Source: Macrostomum lignano (lineage: Eukaryota). Taken from it: a stretch of 64,000 bases of DNA. The position numbers were made by a program, and so were the translations under genes. Position 1 is the first letter of the stretch, and every line of letters begins with the position of its first letter. The notes below the pieces were generated by a model that did not search any database, was not told the DNA's origin, and was given only the letters and a program-made list of their open reading frames with translations. The DNA lies in NCBI GenBank assembly GCA_002269645.1, contig NIVC01001121.1:1-64000 (forward strand), read 5' to 3'. Positions 11,931 through 22,168 of this stretch are shown here, one piece after another.

Positions 11931-14900
11931 TCAAGACCTACTTGTGCGCGACTTCTTGTGCGCGAACCGGGTCTTGTGACGGTGCCGACGCTTAGGCGCC
12001 GCGGGCGCCGACGCGCCACCGGAAGCTGCACCAGCGGCCGCGCTCGCGGAAGCAGAATCGGAAGCGAAGCCCCGACGAAGGGCGGACAGCTTGACTGGGG
12101 ACACCCGATAGGAGCCGAACCCGTTCAGGCAGTGCCCGTTGCGCCGCGTTACCTTGATTGTTAAGCCTGGAAATGTAACCCAGCTGATTTTAAATGGACA
12201 TACGATTCTTATTCCAGCATCATGGACACCTATTCCAGCATCATGGACACCTATTCCAGCATCATGGACACCTATTCCAGCATCATGGACACCCATTCCA
12301 GCATCATGGACACCTATTCCAGCATCATGGACACCCATTCCAGCATCATGGACACCTATTCCAGCATCATGGACACCTATTCCATCATCATGGACACCTA
12401 TTCCAGCATCATGGACACCCATTCCAGCATCATGGACACCTATTCCATCATCATGGACACCTATTCCAGCATTATCGACACCTATTCCAGCATCATGGAC
12501 ACCCATTCCATCATCATGGACACCTATTCCATCATCATGGACACCTATTCCATCATCATGGACACCTATTCCAGCATCATGGACACCTATTCCAGCATCA
12601 TGGACACCCATTCCAGAAGCTCACCATTAGTTCGATCGAGCTCGGGTGATACAAGCTGGTCAGACACCTGATGATCTTGCTGCCGACGTCCGCCCCGACG
12701 ATGCAGTCGCTGCTGCTGATGCTGATGCTCACGCAGCTGCAGCCGATGCTGATGACCATCAACGCCATCCTGCGAGCTGCCGCCGTCCCTTCGCCGATGC
12801 AGATGATGCTGCTGCCATACTGAGCAGACTGACACTGGCAGGAACCAGCGATGGCACCGAACTAATTGATGCCGCTCATGCTGCTGAGAATACGGCAGCC
12901 GAGACGAGCTCGAGGACAGCGTAGCGGAGGCGGGGGGCCGGCCTCGGCCACGGCCGCCACCGCCATTAGTGGCAGCGAGTGCGCTGGCCGGCGGGAAGAA
13001 ATCGACTGCGGAAAAAATCGATTAACTTATAATGCTACTGAATGGGGGGTTGTTGTAAGTAGTAAAACACGCTTATTAGATGAAAATTGTAATTGGATTT
13101 TTTATGCTGCTCAAAAACCGGAATTTCAGAAAGCAGCGCCAATAAAAAAATAACGAAAACCACTGGGAAGCCAATGGCGCCAACTGACACGAGACAAAAT
13201 GGCGCCAACTAATACGGGAAAGAATGGCGCCAGCTGACAAGAGAGAGAATGGCGCCACATGATACGGAAGAGAAGGGCGGCAACTGACACGAGAGAATGG
13301 CGCCAACTGACTGGGAAGCCAATGACGCCAACTGACACGGGAGAGAATGGCGCCAACTGACACGGGAGAGAATGGCGCCAACTGACACGGGAGAGAATGG
13401 CGCCAACTGACACGGGAGAGAATGACGCCAACTGACACGGGAGAGAATGGCGCCAACTGACACGGGAGAGAATGGCGCCAACTGACACGGGAGAGAATGG
13501 CGCCAACTGACAGGGAAGCAAATGGCGCCAACTGACAGGGAAGCCAATGGCGCCAACTGACTGGGAAGCCAATGGCGCCAACTGACAGGGAAGCCAATGG
13601 CGCCAACTGACGCGGTAACTCACCCGGCAGGCGTTTCGCCCCGGCAGTCCGCAGTCTCAACAGCTGACTAATCTCCCATTTAAGCCGTTCCTCCCGTTCC
13701 ACGCCGGCCAAGAACTGCCTGGCCTCGGCTGACCCGAGATACCGCAGGAATGGCTTCAATCGATCGTCAACGTCTAACGCATTGTAGTTGACGGCGTGCC
13801 GCCTCCGAGGCCCCGGGCTGGGGCCAACAGACGGGGCTGAGGCGGGCGGGCGGCCGCCGACCCCCTGGCCAGGATGCAGCGCATAGCCTGGTGCAGCAGG
13901 CCGTGCCTAGCAGCAATCAGTTTCCGACGCTGTCGCTCCTGCAGCCGGCCGGTGTACATGTCGATTTGGGCTACGCGCAGCGCGTTGTCGAGCTCGTCCT
14001 GCTCGAAGCTGGGCTGCAGCTGGCACAGCAGGCTTTCAGCTTCATTGTCATAGTCGCGTTCGAAATCGCCTCGCAGAGGCATAAAGCCGAGCAGCTGGGC
14101 CTCCTCCTGAGTCAGGTCGGCCGGCGGCAGGGCCTGTGAGATGGGTTATGGGATGCTCAGTGTGGGATTTATGGAGTATGGGATGCTCAGTGTGGGATTT
14201 ATGGAGTATGGGATGATCACATTGGTCAGTGTGGGATTTATGAGGTATGGGATGATCAGTGTGGTATTTATGGGGTATGGGATTATCAGTGTGGGATTTA
14301 TGGGGTATGGGATTATCAGTGTGGGATTTATGGGGTATGGGATTATCAGTGTGGGATTTATGGAGTATGGGATGCTCAGTGTGGGATTTATGGGGTATGG
14401 GATGCTCAGTGTGGTATTTATGGAGTATGGGATGCTCAGTGTGGGATTTATGGGGTATGGGATGATCACATTGATCAGTGTGGGATTTATGAGGTATGGG
14501 ATGATCGGTGTGGTATTTATGGGGTATGGGATGATCGGTGTGGTATTTATGGGGTATGGGATGATCAGTGTGGTATTTATGGGGTATGGGATGCTCAGTG
14601 TGGTATTTATGGGGTATGGGATGATCGGTGTGGTATTTATGGGGTATGGGATGATCAGTGTGGTATTTATGGGGTATGGGATGATCGGTGTGGTATTTAT
14701 GGGGTATGGGGTGATCGGTGTGGTATTTATGGGGTATGGGATGATCAGTGTGGTATTTATGGAGTATGGGATAATCAGTGTGGGATTTATGGGGTTTGGG
14801 ATGATCAGTGTGGGATTTATGGGGTATGGGATGCTCAGTGTGGGATTTATCAATTATGGGATGAACAGCAGTGTGGAATTTATGATGGTATGGGATGATC

Positions 14901-15620
14901 AATGTTTGATTGATAGGTGTATGGGATGGATCACTCAGTGAATATGGGATTTATAGGGTATGGGATTAATTGATAAGTGTGGGGCAAATTAGTGGGGTAC
15001 GGGTTGAAATGGGATCAGTGCAGCAGTAACTAATTAATTAGGGTCTCAAGCAAAAGTACCTGAAACAGTGACGGTGACAGAGGCGCCCCAGGCGCAGCTG
15101 TCAAGTCTTCAACTTGACCCAGCGGTATCTCCAGCGGCTTTTCCTCAGCAACTGTAGTGGCTGCGGAGGCAGCAACAGGCAAAAAAGTCTTGGCCCCGAT
15201 AACACCGCGCATATAAAACTTAGAGTAGTGCTCAATGCACTGATCGCTAGTTCTACCATCAACTTTCGACGCAACGTCGCTCCAATTGCCGACGCCATAA
15301 ACGTCGATAGAATCCAGCAGGCGGGTCTCCTCATCGAAGGACCAATGAGCGGCGGCGGCGTCAGTGGCCGGATGGAAAATCGCTTGCTTCTCCCAGTCGC
15401 GCACTGTCTCTAATCGGTAGTCATGACGACGCGAGTGCTTGCCAGCCTCGGCTCCGCTGGCGAAGCAGCGAACGCATAGGCGAACAATCCTGCGCTTCTG
15501 CTGCTGCTGCTGCTGCTGCAGAGCCGGGTGAGACGGCAAGCGGCAGTCAGAGCAGGCGATGTAGGGCGAACGCAAGCGTCGCAGGCAGTAACGACATGCA
15601 TCAGGGTCAATTTCATCCAT
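11931..15620 (-). CDS. TADA2B: Transcriptional adaptor 2-beta (Ada2b, SAGA HAT module)
   Basis: Exon 15060-15620 encodes a ZZ-type zinc finger (CRYC..CSDC..CVRCFASGAEAGKHSRRH) and a SANT domain (WSFDEETRLLDSIDVYGVGNWSDVA). Exon 13624-14133 has the Ada2 motifs MPLRGDFERDYDNEAE and DMYTGRLQERQRRK, with a 1-nt frameshift near 13810-13870. Further exons 12668-13005 and about 11931-12152/12166. GT-AG boundaries were checked; the 3' end is uncertain. Confidence 0.9.
12214..12615. repeat. 21-bp intronic minisatellite (TADA2B intron 3)
   Basis: Unit CAGCATCATGGACACCTATTC. Confidence 0.95.
13165..13612. repeat. 25-bp intronic minisatellite (TADA2B intron 2)
   Basis: Unit ATGGCGCCAACTGACACGGGAGAGA, starting about 10 bp inside the GTGAGT donor. 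Confidence 0.95.
14141..15010. repeat. 30-bp intronic minisatellite (TADA2B intron 1)
   Basis: Unit GGGATGATCAGTGTGGTATTTATGGGGTAT, abutting the acceptor at 14134-14136. Confidence 0.95.
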
Positions 15621-15910
15621 GGTTGTTGACAGCTTGAGCAGCAGATATTAATATATTTTATAATATGCAATACCAATAATACCAATTATGTTTCTCATGT
15701 TATAAGATACTTTTCTGCTGATCATTAAATATTAATTAGGATTTTTGCACTACAAGTTTGAAAGCTTAATATAAATCTTATATTAAGCTATATATCTTAG
15801 CAGATGCTTTAAAGGACTGCCTTGGAATGTGACAATTAAGGCAAAAAAGCCTGCTTCTTATGTCATAGTGTGCATAATTAACATTAACTTTATCATCATA
15901 AAGTGGCATT

Positions 15911-15985
15911 TTGTCAAGCTTGTCCTGCTTGAAGCTAGGCTGCAGCTGGCTCAGCAGGCTTTTAGCTTTGTTGTCATAGTTGAGT
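15911..15985 (-). pseudogene. About 75-bp duplicated fragment of TADA2B exon 2 with CpG decay
   Basis: Aligns without gaps to 13985-14059. All five CpGs of the exon segment are absent in the copy. Confidence 0.85.
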
Positions 15986-16967
15986 GTCAGTTTATTTTTC
16001 CAAGCAAAATGCTTATTATATTATTTTTGTAGTTTAAGTTCTTATGATTAGATTTATAGATTTCTATTCTTTTTAAATTTTAAGTAATCTGCCTATAGAA
16101 TAAGATCCTAATATCCTATCTTAAAATCTCTAAAAAATGGTGATTCCATTTAGTCATATGGGGATGACTAAAAAATAATTGATTCAATATTTAGATGTTA
16201 AATTAATGTATTGCTTTAAACTAAGATACTATAAGCATATTTGTTTTGTCTAATGACTATGAAAACAACTATTTTACTATTTATAACAAAAACAATAGCT
16301 AATTTTTGTTTTTAGCTATTTTTAGCTAATTCTTAGCTAGACTAGCTCAAATATAATTGTTAATTATTAATGTAAATGGAGCCTTTTCAGCTATAACTAG
16401 ACCTATAAGGCCTAAAAATAGCTATTTTGCTTCATATATAGTGACTATAAAATAATTGCTTTGCAATTTAAAAGTTTACATTGAGTTCAAACCTTAATTG
16501 CTTAAGCCCAGATAGTGTCTTATTTGTTGACCTTAAAAATAGGCCTAACTGTTTCAGTATTTATATAATAGAGGGGCTACCATAACAATAAGCCCAACAA
16601 CTGCCATTTTTAAGAACAAGTTGTCTTTTTATTTTACTTAAACAAATAAATTTATTAAATCAAAACAAAAATTACAAAAAAACTTTCTAAATCTCAGAAT
16701 CCCAATATTTATATATAATATTTATTTATAGACCTAGTCTACCTAGATCTAGGAATTAAGGACATGAATGATTCTGACTTTAATGTTCAATAAAAATAAT
16801 AAAAAACAAAAAGGTTAGGCCTAGAGGCCTATCTTTTTGGGTATGACCAAGCCCAAAAATAGTTTATCCTTGCCTACCTCAATGCCAATGGTAGTAATAC
16901 CAATGGGTTTATAATATTGTCAATTGATTTTGAAAATCAATTGAACCTAGGCCTTCAATGTATTTAT

Positions 16968-18964
16968 TATAAAAGTGCTTATCTTTAAAGTCCCATGCCA
17001 ATAATTCAAATTTTATCTATATGGATCTGTGTCAATAATTTCCAGCTTATCCCCACAGCAGCTTATTAAAATAGCTGCCACTATTTAAGTGTATATGCCA
17101 TGTCAATAATTTCAATTTTATCCATAAGGATCCATGTCAATAATTTTTAGCTTATCCCCATGGCTAAGATTGTGCAGTTGTTTGTTTAGTTTATATACTG
17201 ATTTTAAATGATGCTACTAGTTTTTTTATTGTAACATATGGTGTAGCTTAAAATATACAATGCTATGTGACTTTCCATTAAATTGCCAGTGCCACAGTAT
17301 GACAATGTCATTTTATTATCTTGCTAACTCTCTATCCAAAATCAATATTGTTATTATTATTAGTATTATTATTATATTTTGAATTTTGAATTTTGCAAGC
17401 CTTATTTGCCTTAATCTAAGAGTTGTTTAATCTTTCAAATAAACAAATTCATTTTAAGGTTCTCTATTCCAATAAGCTGCCATGGGGACTGGGTTTTTTT
17501 AAGGTTGGAAATCCAGTTGCTAGCTGGTAATTGGGGCTCAAAATCTAGTTGCCAATAGCTATTTTCAGTTGCCCATTTGCAATTAGCCAAATTCTCTAAG
17601 ACTAACAATGCTTTAAAGCTATTGTAACATTGTCAGTTGAGATATATTTTAGGTATAGTTAAGGGCCATTTTAGCAAAAGCAGTGCCAATCTATAATATT
17701 GTTAATTGAGTGGCCTTGTACTCTAATGTCTACTTAAAGTAATGCCCAAAGAATTTTAAACAACATTGTGTGCATTTATAAAGCCTATATACAATGTGAT
17801 CAATAATTTCTGTTGTCAAGTTGGTTTTTCTTGCTGGCCAATAGAAAAGCTGCGCATAAATTATGCTAGCTTGAAATTAAGCTCTCCTTGCATACCTATC
17901 CCCAGCCTGCTCTTTATCAGTCCTGTCTGGCTGGGGCACCTGGGGTTAGACCTTTGTTTTTCATACCTTTGTTTATTTGTTTACATTTTCTCTCTGCCTC
18001 ACTCTACCACAGTTCTAAACCATGCCTTTGTTAAGTCACAGTCACGCCACTGCCACCGCCAATTTTGAATCATGCCACCACTACCATTCTGTAAAGGGTT
18101 CTTGCTATGAGTACCACCGTCATACAATCACTGCCATCATATTGTCGCCATTGCTTCAGGCTTATCAACTTGCTCTATTATCTATCATTTATCTTATTGT
18201 TGTATAGCTGCCCAGTGCATTCCTTACAGAGTCAACAAATACTTTGGCCCATCTTTATTAACTGCCCAGATGGAATTGATAATAACAAGCCCTAACTATC
18301 CACTCATATGGTTAGGCTACAATAAATAAAAACTGCGGCCACTGCTCGCATCATTCACTATTATAATCAAGTGCTATCACTACAAAATTTCCTTTGCTGT
18401 ATTTGTCTTTGTCAGTTAATTTTAAGTCCACTAGTTAATTGTCATACTATGTTAAAAAAGCAGAAATTTGTTCTTTCAACTCTAAGATTGCTAGGCCTAT
18501 CTATGCTGAAAACAATATACAATAATAAAATAATAATTCTATCTTATTGATTCACATGGCACTTTTATTAGGCCTACATTTACAAAATCATTTTTTGAAA
18601 TTGGCAACTGGCACAGAGAATTATAGTTGCTAAATTGGCCTCTGATGCCAAAATCTAGTTGCCAATAAGATTTTAAAGGAGCCAAAAATTCAAAAAAACC
18701 CAATATGACCCACAAAAAACCCAGGCAAAGGGATAAGCTTAAAAGTATCAACACAGATCTGTATAGATAAAATTAGAATTATTGACATAGCCTATTATAC
18801 TAAATATAGACTTGAATAGTGGTAAGGCCTAACCTAGCTATTTCAATAAGCTGCCATGGGGATAAGCTAGGGCCTAGAAATTATTGACATGGATCCATGT
18901 GGATAAAACTGGAATTATTGACATGGGAATGTGGGGATAAGCACTTCCATTTTTTATAGGCCTA
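16968..18964. mobile_element. Decayed foldback or non-autonomous DNA element with about 150-190 bp inverted arms
   Basis: The reverse complement of 16968-17112 matches 18777-18960 (AATTATTGACATGG, AATAAGCTG, GGGGATAAGC, GATAAGCACTT). The internal AAAATCTAGTTGCCAATA motif occurs twice. TSD not resolved. Confidence 0.65.
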
Positions 18965-18999
18965 TAATTATATTTCACTCAGTATTTAAATCAACTATT

Positions 19000-19545
19000 C
19001 ATCTTGTCTGATCAGATTAGTCATCTATTTTAATCAAAGTTATTGTTTAATTAATAAGTACAGAATAATCAGAATTAGGCCCCTATGACATGTAATAAAT
19101 AGGTTTCCTAGTCAATTCATCATCTGGATGTCTGGGGTGCTCACCTCGCCCTCGACTATAGTCACTTTGTCATCTTAATTAATATGCACTACCTGAAGTG
19201 AGTCATTTCGTCATCCAATTAGTTCCAACTTCTAGTGAATTATTGTGGCAATTAAATATATTTACTTGTTGGAATCCTAATGATCCCAGTCATTTTGTCA
19301 TCTTGATTGATAAAACCTGTCAATTGATCAGTTCTGCTTGCTGTAGCTTTTAGTTATTAAACAAAAAATAGCCTACACTAGCTCGAATCACGCATAGATT
19401 GATTGGTTGATGACGAAGTATCCAGCATAAACTAAATATTTGGTCACTTCGTCATATTAAATTATTATTTTTCAAGCTACTTTGCTTCTGGTCACTTTGT
19501 CATCCAATATGATGAAATGGAATATGACGATCTGACCAGTGAACA
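19000..19545 (+). mobile_element. Dispersed repeat with recurring GTCAYTTYGTCAT motifs (second copy at about 62.0-63.1 kb)
   Basis: Colinear similarity to 62030-62690 and 63065-63125 (TCTGGGGTGCTCACCTCG; GATTGATTGGTTGAT; GGTCACTTTGTCATCCAATATGA..AAATGGAATATGAC.ATCTGACCAGTGA). Confidence 0.8.
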
Positions 19546-19749
19546 TAAATAGGCCTATACATATTTAATAAAATATCTAAGTTTTACATTATGATCTGTA
19601 ATGGCTAGATACAATAAATCCACAGCATATGTATTAAAATTAATTTCGATTGTGCATTTATGATTTATGTAATATGTAGTAACCTGGTCCATATTATCTT
19701 GTAAATACATTAGGCCTACTGTATATTCTCTGTCTATTTCACTAACAAT

Positions 19750-20340
19750 GTTTTAAAATTTAGACGCTAGACCTATTACGCATTCGAAAAAATAACTTGA
19801 ACATTGTCGTCGTTCATTATACAGTAATTATTTGCTGCGGCGTCGACATGGAAAATAAAAGCCATACATACAAAATTTAAAACCTTTTCTGAGAACTTTT
19901 TACTTAGTTAAAAAAATACATTACCTAGTATAAGCATTTTACAGGTATGAAACCGCACTCAATTGCACGAAACTTTTTTAAAACATACTTTATATAAATT
20001 TCTGTTGGGTTTAAATATGTTGGTCTATTTTAGAATTAAAATTCAAGTTTTCGTTTTAGCATTTTTTGCTATACATATTATTCACGCGGTGCGATATTGT
20101 AGTTACTTAGGCCTAATTTCAATTTGTCATTCAGTTAGTTGACCCACGGGACGGGGCAACTTTCTTTCAGTGTGATCTGCTTAAACGTATTTATCTATCA
20201 TTCCTACAGGGCATTTGGCTATTATGGCTAGCCTATCTAGTATTTAATAGGCCTATTAATTAATTTAATTTCCGTGTTCGCTGTTCTTTTCTTTGTAAAT
20301 GCTAGGGCCTACTTTATAATGCAAATACGAGGGTTGTTCG
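19750..20340. promoter_or_regulatory. CpG-retaining patch; candidate shared (divergent) promoter of TADA2B and SARNP
   Basis: About 21 CpG in 600 bp, against almost none in 15660-18040. It lies between head-to-head genes. Donor-like sites occur on both strands near 19924 (minus) and 19946 (plus). Confidence 0.35.
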
Positions 20341-21645
20341 GAAAGTCCGCGATCAAACGTGTCTAACAGTTTAACGGATTGAACAAATGTAACGCTACTC
20401 CTCCTGCTTCTCAACGTAGGCACCCTTGAGGCTTATGCACTTGTGCCACCTCTCAGGCAACTTCTCGATGCCGGCAGCATAGAAATTGGCAGGTGACCCC
20501 CTGACCCACTGGCTGATGGCCGATGCCAGGGTCTGTAGGGAGCTATACTGGCAACCTCGGAGGGTTTTTTTCATCTCTCCAAACAGCCAGAAGTCACTGG
20601 GTGCGAGGTCCAGCGAGTAGGGTGGGTGTGGCAGCACCTCGAAGCCTGAGGTCTGAAATGGTAGCCATTGTTGCCTGGCTGGTGTGCAGCCTAGCATTGT
20701 CGTGCTGAAGCAGGATGCCATGGCTCAGCTTGCCATGCCGCTAGGCCTTGATGGCTTCACGCAACTTCTCTGTAAGACTTAGATATAGTACTCACTGTTT
20801 ATTGTGGCACCACGAGAAAGCCATTCGATGAGCAGAATACCCTCCTTGTCCCAGAAGATGGTGGCCATTGGCTTGCCAGCTGAAGGTGCAGTCAGGGCCT
20901 TGACAGGTATGGGCTCATGGCTGGCTTTCCACACACTGCTTTGTATCTTGGACTCTGGCTCACTATAATGAAACTAGGATTCATCCCTAGCCTAGTCACA
21001 ATCTGGTCCAAAAAGTTGGGATCACTGTGATATGACTAGAGGAGCTGCCAACACACCTGGACCCGCTCTCGCTGCTGCTGGTCAGTCAGAAGTTTTGGGA
21101 CCCAACATGTAACAATGCGTGACATACCAAGCTCAACTGTCAGGATTGAATGAATGGCCGTTGATGAGATGCCAGTAATGGTTGACAACTCTCGCACTGT
21201 AGCTCGGCGGTCAACATCTAGAGCACGACGCACAAGCTCAATGTTTGACCTGTTGACTGTGGTGGCAGGCTGGCCACTCCATGGAAGGTCATCGACTGTC
21301 TCCCAGCCATCTTCAAAATGCTGCACCCACTTGTTGACCATTGTTTTTTATGGTGCACATTTGCCATATGTTGCTTGCAACTTGTAAAGAATTTCTGCCT
21401 GTCACTTTCCTTGTTTCCACAAAAACCAAATGACACTTCGCTTTGCTTCTTCGTTATTCAGCATAGTGATAGAATTCCTATGTGACTAAAAACACTGCAA
21501 GAAGGAAATTCCTGGCTCAAACAAGACCACTCTTGATTTAAAACATTCAGGGTATGATATTTGTCTATGGTATAAAGTTTCAAGACAAAGTAGTGACTCA
21601 AAAAATATATGCATGTTTGATTGTCGACTTTCCAAACAACCCTCA
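20328..21645 (-). mobile_element. Mariner (Tc1/mariner) transposon, full length 1318 bp, transposase inactivated
   Basis: TA|CGAGGGTTGTTCGGAAAGTC left TIR and GACTTTCCAAACAACCCTCA|TA right TIR, with TA TSDs. Transposase remnants WVPKLL, IFWDKEG-like segment and HPPYSLDLAPSDFWLF, with stops and frameshifts. Confidence 0.95.
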
Positions 21646-22168
21646 TATATAGTTGAAGTCATGGGCCTACACCCATGTCGGCTACGTTGGCTATGTCGGC
21701 CTACACTGGCTACACTAGGCCTGCACTAAAATGGTTTGTCTGTCTATGACTATATTGGCATATCTGATTGGTTTAAGAAAAATAGCTCAACTGATTTTCT
21801 TAAAACTTGTATTTCAAACCTAGGCCTAGGCCTAGGGGCTAAAAATTTATAAATAGACTAGGTTCGGACTAGGCCTAAGTTATTTTAGGCCCCTATTAAA
21901 CCTATAATGACTTTTTTAACTTGTGTAATTACAAATCAAGTCCAAAAGGCAAATTCCAAAGGTAACTAAGAACTACATACTATGTAGGCCCTAGCCTAAG
22001 GAATATGCTAATTTGTTTTATTATGTAATTACCTGTATATTATGTCTAAATTTTTATATTATATGACTTTAAGGCTTTTTTGTTATAAAATATAGTTTAT
22101 AGCATGAAAATGGTTGATAATTAATCAAAAATGTTAAAAGTATAAGAATGAGACCAAAGTGGTACATA

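Noticed and set aside
11025-14941. ORFs such as 11025-11934, 12139-12671, 13126-13623 and 14048-14941
   Set aside because: They are translations of intronic minisatellites, open in several frames because the unit lacks stops.
16921-16950. Perfect 11-bp hairpin followed by CTAG as a Helitron 3' end
   Set aside because: The stem is AT-rich, the spacing is atypical, and no 5' TC end or second copy was seen.
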